This document shows positions 38,167 to 48,784 of a stretch of 64,000 bases of DNA, piece after piece. The translations under genes were made by a program, and so were the position numbers. The notes under the pieces are model-generated. The model had not been told where the DNA came from. It did no database searches and worked only from the letters and a program-made list of their open reading frames with translations. The stretch lies in the IMG/VR virus record IMGVR_UViG_3300005289_000054; one strand, given 5' to 3'. Position 1 is the stretch's first letter; each line of letters begins with the position of its first letter. Source of the stretch: a virus. Lineage: Duplodnaviria > Heunggongvirae > Uroviricota > Caudoviricetes.

Positions 38167-38339
38167 TCATCACCTTCTGCATAAACATCTGTCGATCCAT
38201 CTTCATAGCCTTTTTCATAACCTTGCTTATGCCCAAGGTTGTAATAAAACTCAGCCACACCAACACAAAGATTTTCAACATAACTAGGTAAATCAGAAGG
38301 TAGAATCATAGAAGTTACATTTTCTTTAAACTTACTCAT
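38167..38339 (-). CDS. small hypothetical protein (about 57 aa)
   Basis: Manually translated ORF (MSKFKENVTSM...), with ATGA overlap to the upstream gene. Confidence 0.3.
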
Positions 38340-38647
38340 TCCACAATCTCAACTTCAACATTAGACAAATAGAAAAGCCTAGAAATAAACAAAGCACTTA
38401 ATAAAGAATCTCCATCAATGTCATGTGCCAAGCACAACTCATCGTATTCTTTAATTCTAGCTTCAGTATCTTCTTTTCCTAAAACTTTAACCAACTGATC
38501 TTTGTTTTTAAATACAATAGCAAACTTCATTAACTCTTCTTGAGTTGGAAGAATGTCATCATAATCGATGACAATTTCCGAACTTAATTCATCATGAGTT
38601 TCTACTGCAACTTCTGGTTGCTCACTCATCAATACTTTCCTCACCAA
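38336..38647 (-). CDS. hypothetical acidic protein
   Basis: 103 aa. Confidence 0.45.
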   Translation of the reverse strand: MVRKVLMSEQPEVAVETHDELSSEIVIDYDDILPTQEELMKFAIVFKNKDQLVKVLGKEDTEARIKEYDELCLAHDIDGDSLLSALFISRLFYLSNVEVEIVE

Positions 38648-38948
38648 TCAGGATTTGATATTTATCAATAAGCTGCTCTAGCTTCTCAATATTACCTTCA
38701 ACCTTTCCTGTTAATTGAGCATCAACAAGCTTACCAAGATCACCTTTTGAGATTTTAAATGCTTCTGCTGTAGCATCAATATCATCTTTTAGCAACTCAC
38801 CAGAACGCTGAATATTACGTTTTTGTTCTGCTAGTTTTTTTACTTGAGCAATAAACTGTTTGCGTGCATCTGGTTTAGCAATAACTTCATCAAAAGTTTT
38901 TTCTGCATTCTCTTCAATTAATTCAAATAATGATTTTTCATTAGTCAT
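38622..38948 (-). CDS. hypothetical coiled-coil protein
   Basis: 108 aa. Confidence 0.45.
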   Translation of the reverse strand: MTNEKSLFELIEENAEKTFDEVIAKPDARKQFIAQVKKLAEQKRNIQRSGELLKDDIDATAEAFKISKGDLGKLVDAQLTGKVEGNIEKLEQLIDKYQILIGEESIDE

Positions 38949-39102
38949 CTAAATTCTCCACATTTAATTTATCTAAAATATTTTGTAATCTATAATATTC
39001 ATCATAAGCGTCTGCATGAACATTACCCATTAAGTTTAAAGCATCTACAGCAGATTCCAACAACTCATCCATTTGTTCTCGACTAACAACAACTTTACTC
39101 AT
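38941..39102 (-). CDS. small hypothetical protein (53 aa)
   Basis: Manually translated ORF (MSKVVVSREQMDELL...). It overlaps both neighbours by 8 nt. Confidence 0.35.
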   Translation of the reverse strand: MSKVVVSREQMDELLESAVDALNLMGNVHADAYDEYYRLQNILDKLNVENLDD

Positions 39103-39694
39103 TAACACTCTCCAACATTAATTTTTTCAATAATTCATTCCTAGCCTTAATAGTCTTAGGTATAGATTCTACGCCAAATTCTTTTAATTTGTCAACAACC
39201 AAAAGCTTATCCTTGATTATTAAAATGTATTCTTTTTGTATTCTAGCCTCTTCAAAAGAGCAACCATAACGCTCTGAGTATGTCTTAATCCCATGACATC
39301 CGAAGTATGTTGTAATACCTTTTTTCCTTTTATCTTTACAGACAATTTGCAGCTTGTAAGGTGATGTTAAAACAATAGCCTTAAATATATCTTCAATGTC
39401 TGAATACTCCTTCAAAGTATTCTCTGACTCAAGATGATCAAGCTCTACGTCATTACTTCCAAAGTACTCCCCACAAATCTCACACTTGTATCGCTTAACT
39501 TTTGGAAATCTCTTCATACTCCTTGGGTTGGTATTTTCAACAATAATCATTCGTCTGTTTAAGAATTCTTGTTTAAATATTGAATCTCCCCATGCACTTC
39601 GAATCATCGTTCTTACTGATTTTAATGCCTCTTTATCAGAAATTTCAAACTCTTCTGCCATCCTTTTGAATTCTTTTCCCAAATCAATTGCCAT
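39095..39694 (-). CDS. HNH endonuclease
   Basis: A CEICGEYF zinc-binding pair together with the ELDHLES HNH motif. Confidence 0.55.
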   Translation of the reverse strand: MAIDLGKEFKRMAEEFEISDKEALKSVRTMIRSAWGDSIFKQEFLNRRMIIVENTNPRSMKRFPKVKRYKCEICGEYFGSNDVELDHLESENTLKEYSDIEDIFKAIVLTSPYKLQIVCKDKRKKGITTYFGCHGIKTYSERYGCSFEEARIQKEYILIIKDKLLVVDKLKEFGVESIPKTIKARNELLKKLMLESVNE

Positions 39695-39893
39695 AATCTA
39701 TCCAATCTAATTCATTCTGAAACAATTCTTCTCCTTTATGGTTTTCACAAGCTTTATTACTACAATAGCACCACCAATCAGAGAACTTTGATTCAAGGAA
39801 CTTCTCAGTATCCCAATTAACCAAACAAGATACGACATTCCAACCACAAGATTTACAAGACTCGCTGGATGGCATCCAAGAACTACTCTTCAT
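39684..39893 (-). CDS. Cys-rich small protein (putative zinc binding)
   Basis: 69 aa with CKSCGW...CYCSNKAC. Confidence 0.4.
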   Translation of the reverse strand: MKSSSWMPSSESCKSCGWNVVSCLVNWDTEKFLESKFSDWWCYCSNKACENHKGEELFQNELDWIDYGN

Positions 39894-40131
39894 ATCTCAC
39901 CCCACTCTCATTTTTTAAGTGAAACTTGTTCCAATCAGTCTCATATCCAAGTTGAATGCCTTCTTCGTAAGACAAAGTTTTTAATTTTAAAAGATATTGT
40001 TGGGCATAGTTAGTAAACCAATTAACATCCTTCTCTAAAATTTCTAAACTGTCTTTTGTTAAAACACCATCAACATATTCTAAAATAGGTGGCTTAATTG
40101 GAAGTAAGGGTATCAATCTACTATTTATCAT
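39883..40131 (-). CDS. hypothetical protein
   Basis: 82 aa. Confidence 0.4.
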   Translation of the reverse strand: MINSRLIPLLPIKPPILEYVDGVLTKDSLEILEKDVNWFTNYAQQYLLKLKTLSYEEGIQLGYETDWNKFHLKNESGVRYEE

Positions 40132-41305
40132 AGATAACTCCTAGTTCATCAAACAATTCTCTGATATCAGCAACATAACTTGTATGTTCCATCATCTTTG
40201 CACACTTATAATAAAGATTAACAAAGTAAATAGGTGTGCAATAATACCTCACTTCTCCAAAACAATCTTCATAGTCTAGCTCTTCAGGTAAGTATTTGCA
40301 AAAATGATCATAAACAATCTGCCAAAGTTCAGTTCTTGTTTTCGCTTTACTCAACAACTTCAAAGCGGCGACATCTCCAAAGTCTCCTAAAGTTCCATAT
40401 TGCTTTAGAAATTTCTTAGCTGAATAATTATCAGCATCATCTTCTGTGATCATCTGGTAAGCTAAGAACATATCTCCATGACCTTTCATCTTAGGAGGCT
40501 TCTTAGTTCTATCCAATCCCAACCAACCCAATCTGTTCTCTTCCGTGTCTTGAAACATGGTAGGTTTATCATGATGCCCAATGATGTAAAGACCTCCACA
40601 GTGTTCCTGATTGTAATCTTTATCGACAGCACAAAGCACTGCTTTAATTCCTTTATCTGTCATTCTATGGAAAGTAATTGTAATATCATCATCAGTTTCA
40701 CGCCCTACTGACCAATGACTGTAATAACTTGTGCGAGTCCACTCTTTTAAATTATCAAGAGTTTCTGGAACCCATTCTGATCCACGCTGTCCTTTGTATT
40801 TAAAGCAAGAAATAGAATCTGACTGTAGTTTTGGGAGTGGTAAGCTGTCACGATGATTCCCATCACTTCCCATAAAAACAATAACCACCGTAGCTCCAAC
40901 TTCATCAGCAATATTTTTAATCTTTTTCTTAATTGTTGATTTTGCATTTATTAAAGCTCTAGGATTATTATATTGTCCGCGAATACACTTATCATAAAAA
41001 TAACTATATTCGTCTTCACGATCAATTTCCTTTAAGTATTTCTTTAACTCTCTATAACCGCCAAACTTCTTAATTACTCCATCGATCTCAACTTGGATAT
41101 AACGTTTCATTTCATTAGAAGCTGCTTTAAAAACAACAAAATCTCCGTCAATAAGAGCTACAACATCATCGTCTTTTATAAATGAGATATCAAACTCTTT
41201 CCAGTGTTCTGTATTTCTTTTACGCTTATGCTTGCTCATGTAATAGTCAGAATCTGTTAGTTTCTTTCTTGTCTGTTTTACATCTTCATAAAATTCAAAA
41301 GACAA
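40121..41305 (-). CDS. hypothetical protein, possibly metallophosphoesterase-like
   Basis: 394 aa. The DGDFVV and GSDGNHRD segments loosely resemble calcineurin-like phosphoesterase motifs. Confidence 0.4.
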   Translation of the reverse strand: MSFEFYEDVKQTRKKLTDSDYYMSKHKRKRNTEHWKEFDISFIKDDDVVALIDGDFVVFKAASNEMKRYIQVEIDGVIKKFGGYRELKKYLKEIDREDEYSYFYDKCIRGQYNNPRALINAKSTIKKKIKNIADEVGATVVIVFMGSDGNHRDSLPLPKLQSDSISCFKYKGQRGSEWVPETLDNLKEWTRTSYYSHWSVGRETDDDITITFHRMTDKGIKAVLCAVDKDYNQEHCGGLYIIGHHDKPTMFQDTEENRLGWLGLDRTKKPPKMKGHGDMFLAYQMITEDDADNYSAKKFLKQYGTLGDFGDVAALKLLSKAKTRTELWQIVYDHFCKYLPEELDYEDCFGEVRYYCTPIYFVNLYYKCAKMMEHTSYVADIRELFDELGVIYDK

Positions 41306-41317
41306 AATTCACTCCTA

Positions 41318-41521
41318 TTATTTTAAACTTACTTTCTCTCTAGATACGTTTGTTAATGTTCCGTATATCGCAACAATAGACCATAAAGTCATGTAAACAG
41401 CGAACACCCAAATAGGTAAACTCCAGTAATCAACCAACGTATAAACAATAAAAGGGTAAAGTATATTTGTTCTGATTGGTAAATGTGCTGGGTCAAGCAT
41501 CTTAATTGTTTTTATCTGCAT
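41318..41521 (-). CDS. small membrane protein
   Basis: 67 aa with two TM segments. Confidence 0.4.
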   Translation of the reverse strand: MQIKTIKMLDPAHLPIRTNILYPFIVYTLVDYWSLPIWVFAVYMTLWSIVAIYGTLTNVSREKVSLK

Positions 41522-41718
41522 TCTTTTTTCTCCAGTAATATTAAAATGATTTCCTGAACATCGATTAATTCACTATAAGACAAATCATGTAAGTGGTTAA
41601 TTATATAATCAACATCCACAACATTACCTTGTAAAATATCAAACTCGTATAATCTATTTGTATTTTGCTTGTTTGGAAAACTGTCAAAATAAGACTTCAT
41701 TCCTTTTTCTGTATACAT
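41512..41718 (-). CDS. hypothetical protein
   Basis: 68 aa. Confidence 0.4.
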   Translation of the reverse strand: MYTEKGMKSYFDSFPNKQNTNRLYEFDILQGNVVDVDYIINHLHDLSYSELIDVQEIILILLEKKECR

Positions 41719-41727
41719 AAAACCTCC

Positions 41728-42132
41728 TTATGATACTAAAACACCGTGATGAAGGTCTGGTTTTAATTTTACATATTTCATTACTTGGTCAACTTCTTTT
41801 TCATAATTTCTATTTTGATCAAGAATAACCTCAATACCAACATAATCAATCAGACCAGAAAAATAGTTCCCTATTACACCATTAAAACCAAACCACTCGT
41901 GGCAAATTTCAAGCTTATTATCATTAAATAATTCTTCGGCTGCTGCCTCCCACTCTTTCTCAACTTCGTCTTGGTTAATAATAGTTAGATATTCATTGAT
42001 TTCGTACATAGATTTTGAAGCTTCTCGGACATCCTCTCTAACCATTTCCTTAGCCGCGTCAGTCAGCTCTTCATAAGTAAGGTTATCGTAATCTACACCA
42101 ATCAATACAACAGCACTATAATTTACACTCAT
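41728..42132 (-). CDS. hypothetical acidic protein
   Basis: 134 aa. Confidence 0.45.
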   Translation of the reverse strand: MSVNYSAVVLIGVDYDNLTYEELTDAAKEMVREDVREASKSMYEINEYLTIINQDEVEKEWEAAAEELFNDNKLEICHEWFGFNGVIGNYFSGLIDYVGIEVILDQNRNYEKEVDQVMKYVKLKPDLHHGVLVS

Positions 42133-42437
42133 TATTTAACCCTCTTCCTTTGCTCAACAAACCATTTCTCAGTTCTTGATTTAATATGTGTCCACATATG
42201 AACGTTATATTCTGGATTTTCTCTATTCATAGCATCTGCCATAACTCTGAATAATGTCATTAATCTTTCACCATCAATCTCTCCATTATGTACGCTCTTC
42301 TTAAAAGCTTCATACAATTGGACAGGCTGTAGAGTCACATTAAATCTACGATGAGAAACATCTTTCTCTTCTTTCTTAGGTGACTTGTTATCTTTCTTTG
42401 TGAAAGGAATCCAATTTCCATTTTCATCAACTGCCAT
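42132..42437 (-). CDS. hypothetical basic protein
   Basis: 101 aa. Confidence 0.45.
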   Translation of the reverse strand: MAVDENGNWIPFTKKDNKSPKKEEKDVSHRRFNVTLQPVQLYEAFKKSVHNGEIDGERLMTLFRVMADAMNRENPEYNVHMWTHIKSRTEKWFVEQRKRVK

Positions 42438-42529
42438 AACTTCTCCTTATAAAAATAAAAACGCCCTACCACGAATGATAGAGCGCTTACAACCTAGTAT
42501 CGTGGGATACTTTGGCTAGTTATGTTTGA

Positions 42530-43519
42530 TCAAAAAGGAAGGTCATCATCTAAGTCTTCGTTACTAACTACAGTGTTAGAAGCTGGAGTAGATACTGTAT
42601 CATTCTTTTTAAATGTGTGAGGACGAGCTTCTAAAAGTTGTGCTTGGATTGCACTTCCTTCGAAGTTTGTAGCATTCTCAATTGTGTTGATAATGTGTTT
42701 ACGAAGCTCTTTTAAAGCCTCTGGATCGTTCTCTTTGTTAAACTGAATCAGATAGGTTTTATCTAACTCAATCTCTTTCTGTCCACGCCCTAAACCACCT
42801 ACAAAAGAAAGTTTCTCTTTGTAGTATTGTTTTCCATCTTTACCTTGCTCATTAAAGATTTGAACTTTAAATTGCATTGTTTTACCAAGTAAAAGATCGA
42901 CATCTTGAGGTAAGAACGCCTCACCTTGCTTTCTGACTTTAGAAGCTACTGCCATTTTATAAGGCAATGAAGTGCTTTTCATAGTCCAACCAACTTTATC
43001 ATCTTTAGTGATTTTTAAAGGTGTTAAGTTTTGGATTTGCATTTTCTTTTGGAACTTATTCCAATACTGACCACCAGACCATAAACGTAATGGTCGAGTT
43101 TCACCAGAATCATCTCCAAAGAATTGTCCTTTATCCAGTTGGATATCTGGAAAATCCACAGCATATGCAATAGATTGACGATCTTTTTGTGGAACAAACT
43201 TACGAAGTACCCAATTTTTTGAAACTGAATCGTAAGACTTATCAAACTTAGTGATTTTACCATCCTCAATTTCTTGAGCATATTTCTCTGTCAATTCAGC
43301 AGCAGTCTTACCAACATCCTCTCCTTGCAAATCGTATTCTGCATCTGGTTGTTTTTGAGAACCAAGATCAACAATCACAGAAATAACACCAGTTAATGTT
43401 TCAGGCTCTTGACAAGCTGCTGTCTCAATGACATAGTTGTTAAGTGCATCAAAATCTACTGTTGGTTTCTTAGATTCATTATTTGAGTTAGTGCCTACGC
43501 TGTATGCATCAAAAGACAT
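42530..43519 (-). CDS. ssb: single-stranded DNA-binding protein (SSB) with acidic C-terminal tail
   Basis: 329 aa ending in EDLDDDLPF. This tail resembles the DDDIPF tail that bacterial SSBs use as a protein-interaction tip. The gene lies next to the replication genes. Confidence 0.5.
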   Translation of the reverse strand: MSFDAYSVGTNSNNESKKPTVDFDALNNYVIETAACQEPETLTGVISVIVDLGSQKQPDAEYDLQGEDVGKTAAELTEKYAQEIEDGKITKFDKSYDSVSKNWVLRKFVPQKDRQSIAYAVDFPDIQLDKGQFFGDDSGETRPLRLWSGGQYWNKFQKKMQIQNLTPLKITKDDKVGWTMKSTSLPYKMAVASKVRKQGEAFLPQDVDLLLGKTMQFKVQIFNEQGKDGKQYYKEKLSFVGGLGRGQKEIELDKTYLIQFNKENDPEALKELRKHIINTIENATNFEGSAIQAQLLEARPHTFKKNDTVSTPASNTVVSNEDLDDDLPF

Positions 43520-43781
43520 ATTATTCTCCTGTTTTCAGTCTCTATGACTGTGTTTTATTATTAAAATAACGCGCTATGCGCTTAATGAAAAATGATAGTC
43601 TTTCCTATCAGTCATTTCGAAATTGTTATGGTCATACCGAAAATAACCTATGAAGAGCTTAGTTTATAGACTACTTCACTCTTAGTCTTATTATCTGAAG
43701 TATTTATCAGATTAGGATAACATTATTACACTTATTTAAACATTTGTCAACTGGAATTGTTGACTTTAATGTTTTATTATG

Positions 43782-44333
43782 TTAATCAGAAATTCTACCC
43801 AGATAGTTCTGCAATTCATCTTCGGAAAAGAAAACTGCTTTCTTTAAATCGTACTTCTCATCTGCTCCTAACTTACCACGCCCATTTCGAAGATCGATAA
43901 CACGACAATGCGCCTTAAAAACATTCGACATATTAAAATCATTATTCAAAAATAATCTCATTACATCCTTAGCCTCGATTTTACCAGTCTCATTCCATCG
44001 ATCTAACATATGTTTTGGAATAATTTTTTGATAATACTCTGAACTACCACCATCTGATACAACAGCAGAAGGAATATAAGTATTAACCTCCTTTTCAACA
44101 ACAACAGTTAAATCTTCTGGATTAAACCAGTAATAATTACAATCCTCAAATAAAACTTGGACAGGTCTAAGATCAACACTATTTTTAAAAACCTTAGTAA
44201 CTTTTCCAGTTTTCCCCCTATAGTTATATACCTCTAAGGTATATGGAGCTGAATAGTTGACAGGATGTTCTCCCACATCTTCACTGACTAAAACAGTATC
44301 TCCAGCTTTTAAATTATCCAAATCACAAGGCAT
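43782..44333 (-). CDS. hypothetical protein
   Basis: 183 aa. Confidence 0.5.
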   Translation of the reverse strand: MPCDLDNLKAGDTVLVSEDVGEHPVNYSAPYTLEVYNYRGKTGKVTKVFKNSVDLRPVQVLFEDCNYYWFNPEDLTVVVEKEVNTYIPSAVVSDGGSSEYYQKIIPKHMLDRWNETGKIEAKDVMRLFLNNDFNMSNVFKAHCRVIDLRNGRGKLGADEKYDLKKAVFFSEDELQNYLGRISD

Positions 44334-44334
44334 A

Positions 44335-44589
44335 TTAATCTCCTTTCTTTAAATCTTTAATAGATGAAGTAACACCAACACACTCAAGACTTATCTGCTT
44401 AATGTTGTTTAATGATGTTAATCCTGACCATTCTTTTTTAGTGTAATACATAACCAGCTCTAAAGTCTTATCACACTCATCTTTTGTAAATAAATTTTGC
44501 TCGTCATAAGTGATCGGAGCAACAACATAGTCATTTATACCAGAAGGTTGGTACGTATTCAAAAATGCTGTTAAAAGTAAAACATACAT
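44335..44589 (-). CDS. hypothetical protein
   Basis: 84 aa. Confidence 0.45.
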   Translation of the reverse strand: MYVLLLTAFLNTYQPSGINDYVVAPITYDEQNLFTKDECDKTLELVMYYTKKEWSGLTSLNNIKQISLECVGVTSSIKDLKKGD

Positions 44590-44602
44590 ATCATTCTCCT
44601 AA

Positions 44603-46981
44603 TTAGTGACATTGGAACCAATTCATTCCAACAACCCATTCCATTCCCAAAGGAACTTTCAAACCAACTGTCTCAACAGCACGATTGATTGAGTTTTCAA
44701 CAGCTTCAGAAACAACGTTTGGTAAAGCAATAGCTAATTTACCATTCTGCAATTTAACTTCACCTCCTAGTTTACCTCCATTCCAATCCTCCTTAAAGTC
44801 ATTAAGTTGCTCTTCTGTATCAAATACCTCAAACTCAATTAAGTTTTTAGCTACAGCTAACTGAGCTTCATCATGATACTCAATCATACTACTCATATCA
44901 ATCTCTGAATCTTCAAAAGGATTGCAGCGATAGCCTTTTGACTCCATTTCTTCATATAAGAATACTGTTGTGTATTTAGCACAAATAACACCACCAGATT
45001 GGAATAATGCGTTAAGTAAAGAGTGTTCAGAGCGAGTTCTAATTAAACGACCATCAACTCCAACAACAAATGACCCTCCACGTCTCTTCCAGATTTCTTT
45101 AACAGCATCTCTTAACTTCTTAAGTGCTGGTACAGCATCCCAGTATGCATCCACAATAACTTTAGCTTCTTCTAACGTGCAACCTAACATCGCCATAGCT
45201 CGTTTGGCACTACCACCATACATAAGCATATATGAGATAGCTTTAGCAAAATCTCGGTCAATGCCAAGCTTCTTAGCATTAATACTATGAATATCATTTG
45301 GCTTCTTCGCCAACAATTGTTTTGCTAATTCTGCGCCATCAAAAGGTAAAATATAGTGCCCTTGAATACAAGCTTCTAATGATGAAAAGTCAAAACCAAG
45401 TTGACGCATATCCTTACCACAACCAAACATCGACCTAGCTTCTTCACCAAATACAGATGATGCTCTAGGAACGTTACACACACCAATATGTTTGTATCGG
45501 TTTGTTGAAGCACCAATCTCAATTGCTGCTGTTGGTATACGACCATCTTCTTCCCGATAGATAGATAAATATCCAGTGTTTGGAGCCTCTTCATCAAAAT
45601 CAATATCTTCAATATCACCGCCAGCAATACTACTCTTACGATGTTTGTAGGTTAAATACAAAACAAAGTCTTTTGCGAATGCTACCTTATCACCCAACTT
45701 CTGTAAGTTTTTACAAAGTTCTTTCTCAACACCCACTCGAACAGATGGAGATGTTGGTACTCTTACAGGTTTATCTTTCTTTAAAGCTGCTGACAGTTCA
45801 CGCTTGATCTTTTCCTTATCAGTTCCTTTACCAAGCTCTCTCAACCTAAGCTTCTTGTAACGACCTTCATCAAAAGTTTGATCCAACCATCGATTTAAAG
45901 CCTCTATTCGCTTCACATAAGAGATAGTTTGTTTCTTACTATCCTTTGTTAAGTCTCTAAGCTTCCATTCAGTAGGAACCCAACCAAGAGCAATCAGGTA
46001 CTCTTTAACGAGATCAAGATCATCAATAGTTGCTGGTTCTTGGAGTTTAAGTGGTTGTGTTAAAGGTAAATCCAAAACTTCACCTTCGTAAACACACTTC
46101 CGATCTCCAAGGTACTCAATATTATTCTTCTCCATAAAGTTCTTCATATGAGCACTAAGTGAACCATCTGATTTCTTAAATTGAGAAGCAGGAGGTGTAA
46201 ATTTCTTTAAGTTAGTTTTATTTAACTTTTTTGGTGGTAACAAAGGATTTACAATATTAGACAATCTATCCATTTCTTTTACCAAGAAATCTAGATTTTT
46301 AATTGCCAAATCTTTATCAAACCAAAAACCATAACTCTCTCTTCGGATAGAAATATCAGCAAGTTTATTTTCTATCTTTTCTGCCTGAACCCAACCAGAA
46401 TAAGCATCATACTCTTTCTTTAAATCTTTATAAATTTCTACTGTTACTTTCGTATCTTGAATACAGTAGTCAACCATAATTTCTGAGTAGACAGAGAACT
46501 CCCTCCCTTTTAATGCATTCTTTTCAATTAACCCAGCATCAATACTTTGCTGTCTAAAATCATCCTTATACTCTCCTTTTCTCTCACCCCAAGCTTTTAA
46601 GCTATGACCACCTCTTCGGTCTGGGTTTAATAAGCGTGATAGGATTAGAGTGTCAGTAATCTTAACCTCTTTACCAAATATTGTATCTGGTTTATTGAGA
46701 TATCCAATCTCATAATCTAAAACACCAAATAATTTTAAAGCAATTAAATCGAACTTAATACCATTGTGAGCAATAATCTCTGTAGTATCTTTTAACTTAT
46801 CTTTAAACCATTCTTTTGTTAAATCACTTAAACAACCTACATCAACTTCATCTGTGTCTACATCTCGAATAACCACACACCAAAGCTTAGCACTTTCTTT
46901 TAATTTATATGGTAATGTTCGAAAATCTAGCATTTCTGATAGCAAGTTATTTGTTTCAATATCTAAAACCTTTCTTGACAT
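44603..46981 (-). CDS. family A DNA polymerase with 3'-5' proofreading exonuclease domain
   Basis: Exo I motif VLDIETNN near the N-terminus, and a Pol A motif-B-like KAISYMLMYGGSAKR. The start was set at the ATG at 46981 after a GGAGGGG RBS. The track ORF extends to 47011. Confidence 0.75.
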   Translation of the reverse strand: MSRKVLDIETNNLLSEMLDFRTLPYKLKESAKLWCVVIRDVDTDEVDVGCLSDLTKEWFKDKLKDTTEIIAHNGIKFDLIALKLFGVLDYEIGYLNKPDTIFGKEVKITDTLILSRLLNPDRRGGHSLKAWGERKGEYKDDFRQQSIDAGLIEKNALKGREFSVYSEIMVDYCIQDTKVTVEIYKDLKKEYDAYSGWVQAEKIENKLADISIRRESYGFWFDKDLAIKNLDFLVKEMDRLSNIVNPLLPPKKLNKTNLKKFTPPASQFKKSDGSLSAHMKNFMEKNNIEYLGDRKCVYEGEVLDLPLTQPLKLQEPATIDDLDLVKEYLIALGWVPTEWKLRDLTKDSKKQTISYVKRIEALNRWLDQTFDEGRYKKLRLRELGKGTDKEKIKRELSAALKKDKPVRVPTSPSVRVGVEKELCKNLQKLGDKVAFAKDFVLYLTYKHRKSSIAGGDIEDIDFDEEAPNTGYLSIYREEDGRIPTAAIEIGASTNRYKHIGVCNVPRASSVFGEEARSMFGCGKDMRQLGFDFSSLEACIQGHYILPFDGAELAKQLLAKKPNDIHSINAKKLGIDRDFAKAISYMLMYGGSAKRAMAMLGCTLEEAKVIVDAYWDAVPALKKLRDAVKEIWKRRGGSFVVGVDGRLIRTRSEHSLLNALFQSGGVICAKYTTVFLYEEMESKGYRCNPFEDSEIDMSSMIEYHDEAQLAVAKNLIEFEVFDTEEQLNDFKEDWNGGKLGGEVKLQNGKLAIALPNVVSEAVENSINRAVETVGLKVPLGMEWVVGMNWFQCH

Positions 46982-47040
46982 AACCCCTCCAGTAAATATT
47001 GTATTATACAAAATAAAAGAGGTCTGTCAAGACCTCTGTG

Positions 47041-48780
47041 TTAAAAAGCTGGTTTCGAGTCGATATCTTCTTGATCAGGATCAACTGTATTTCCAGCAAA
47101 TTGATCATCGTCATAATGAATAATAGACCAATCGTTTTCATTCAAGTTAAACGTATCAGCAACGCCTAAATCACCACCCTCACGGTTCTTAAGAACAACC
47201 CATCGCACACGACCTCGCTTCCTGTTTGGTAATATTTCTTGCTCAATAGCTAAAACATTCCAAGCAATCTGCTCTAAAGCTCCAGAACCACGCATACTTT
47301 CTTTAGTGACAGTAATCCAGTATGGCTCATTTTCCTTACCTTTTGGTGGAGGAGGAATAGCCGAACCTTGTCGATTCAAATGTACAACAAGCATAATTGC
47401 CACATCATTTGCAGCACAGAATGCTGCAAGCTCTGTCATAACAATATCAATTTCTTTTCGCTCATCCGCAACATCACTACCAGAAATCACCATAGATAAA
47501 TGGTCAAGGAGAATATAACGACAACCTTCAACAAAATACAAATGCCGAACTTTAGCCATTAACTCAGAAATAGGCAAAGATCCAAAGTGATCAACAAAGA
47601 CAAGTTGTTTATTATCTCTTAACTTATCATAAGCTGTTTTCGCTTGCTCACGAGTAGTTACAGACAAAGGATTTCTCTTGAATTTCTTATAAGAAACCTT
47701 AAGCTCTGACGCAACAAATCGCTGAAGAGTTTGTTTAATCTTTTCCTCAAGATAAATAGCTCCTAATCGCTCTCCTTGATCAATAGCATCTTCAGCAACT
47801 TTAGTCATACAAGTTGTTTTACCGCCACCAGACCGAGAAGTTACAATGGTAAGCTCTCCAGTTCTCCAAGTGTATAACATTTCATTTAACTTTGGAAAGC
47901 TTGTAATCTTAATACCTTCAGCAATCGGTGTAATGACTTCTTCAAAATCGATATCTTCAATATGTGCAATCTTCTCAGTCACCATTGGCTTTCGATCAAA
48001 TTGAACTAATTTAGCGAGAGCTTGCTGAGCCTCCTTATAACTTTTAAATGTATCGCCTTTGTTCTGTAGGTAATCAGAAGCATCTTTTAATCCATGTTTA
48101 GGCTGTACACACCACAACTCAACAGAACCAATAAAAGCAGAAGCAACAGCTTCACGAGCCTCTTTGCCCTTCATAATTCCTTTCTTTAACTCAGCAGGAG
48201 TAGCTTCATCATTATCAAAGAATACTGTCATAGAGTCAAACCCTTCAACAAAATCTTTGTTATGTAATAGGCTTTCTACAGCATTCTTAGTTCCCAGAGG
48301 AATAGAAACAACAAAAGGCTCTTGGCCCTCGTATTTTGTTCCTTTTACACTTTCACACTGAGCCTGATGAATTGATAGGCAATCCCACTGACCTTCTGTG
48401 ACAGTAAAGTTTGTGTGTTTACGAGTAATTGTCTCTGCCACATTTTGACCAAACAACTTATTCCCAATACCAACATTACCAATTGCAGACCAATGACCTT
48501 TTTCATCTTTTGATTTTGTTACATCTTGTTTTGTATAACCAACTACCTCTCCAGATTTATTATAGGAAGGAAAGTAATAAGCTTCAATCGTCTTGCCATC
48601 TTTCTCACTTAAAGCAGCTCTAACACCAAATCTTTCACATGTTTCTTTTTTAATGTTTCGTTCTTTATTTTCAGCAAATCCGTAACCTTGAATCTCCTTA
48701 ACTGTTTCTTTCACATATATTTCATTCATTTCACTTCCACTCTTCTTCACCTTATAATCATATGACATAATTATCAGCAC
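47041..48780 (-). CDS. bifunctional primase-helicase (T7 gp4-like, DnaB-family)
   Basis: A TOPRIM-like TVTEGQWDCLS segment in the N-terminal half, and Walker A SRSGGGKTT in the C-terminal half. The start is uncertain (alternatives at 48768 and 48729). Confidence 0.55.
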   Translation of the reverse strand: MLIIMSYDYKVKKSGSEMNEIYVKETVKEIQGYGFAENKERNIKKETCERFGVRAALSEKDGKTIEAYYFPSYNKSGEVVGYTKQDVTKSKDEKGHWSAIGNVGIGNKLFGQNVAETITRKHTNFTVTEGQWDCLSIHQAQCESVKGTKYEGQEPFVVSIPLGTKNAVESLLHNKDFVEGFDSMTVFFDNDEATPAELKKGIMKGKEAREAVASAFIGSVELWCVQPKHGLKDASDYLQNKGDTFKSYKEAQQALAKLVQFDRKPMVTEKIAHIEDIDFEEVITPIAEGIKITSFPKLNEMLYTWRTGELTIVTSRSGGGKTTCMTKVAEDAIDQGERLGAIYLEEKIKQTLQRFVASELKVSYKKFKRNPLSVTTREQAKTAYDKLRDNKQLVFVDHFGSLPISELMAKVRHLYFVEGCRYILLDHLSMVISGSDVADERKEIDIVMTELAAFCAANDVAIMLVVHLNRQGSAIPPPPKGKENEPYWITVTKESMRGSGALEQIAWNVLAIEQEILPNRKRGRVRWVVLKNREGGDLGVADTFNLNENDWSIIHYDDDQFAGNTVDPDQEDIDSKPAF

Positions 48781-48784
48781 AACC

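Noticed and set aside
44970-48623. Several 60-106-aa plus-strand ORFs inside the DNA polymerase and primase-helicase genes
   Set aside because: They are antisense shadows of long, motif-supported minus-strand genes.
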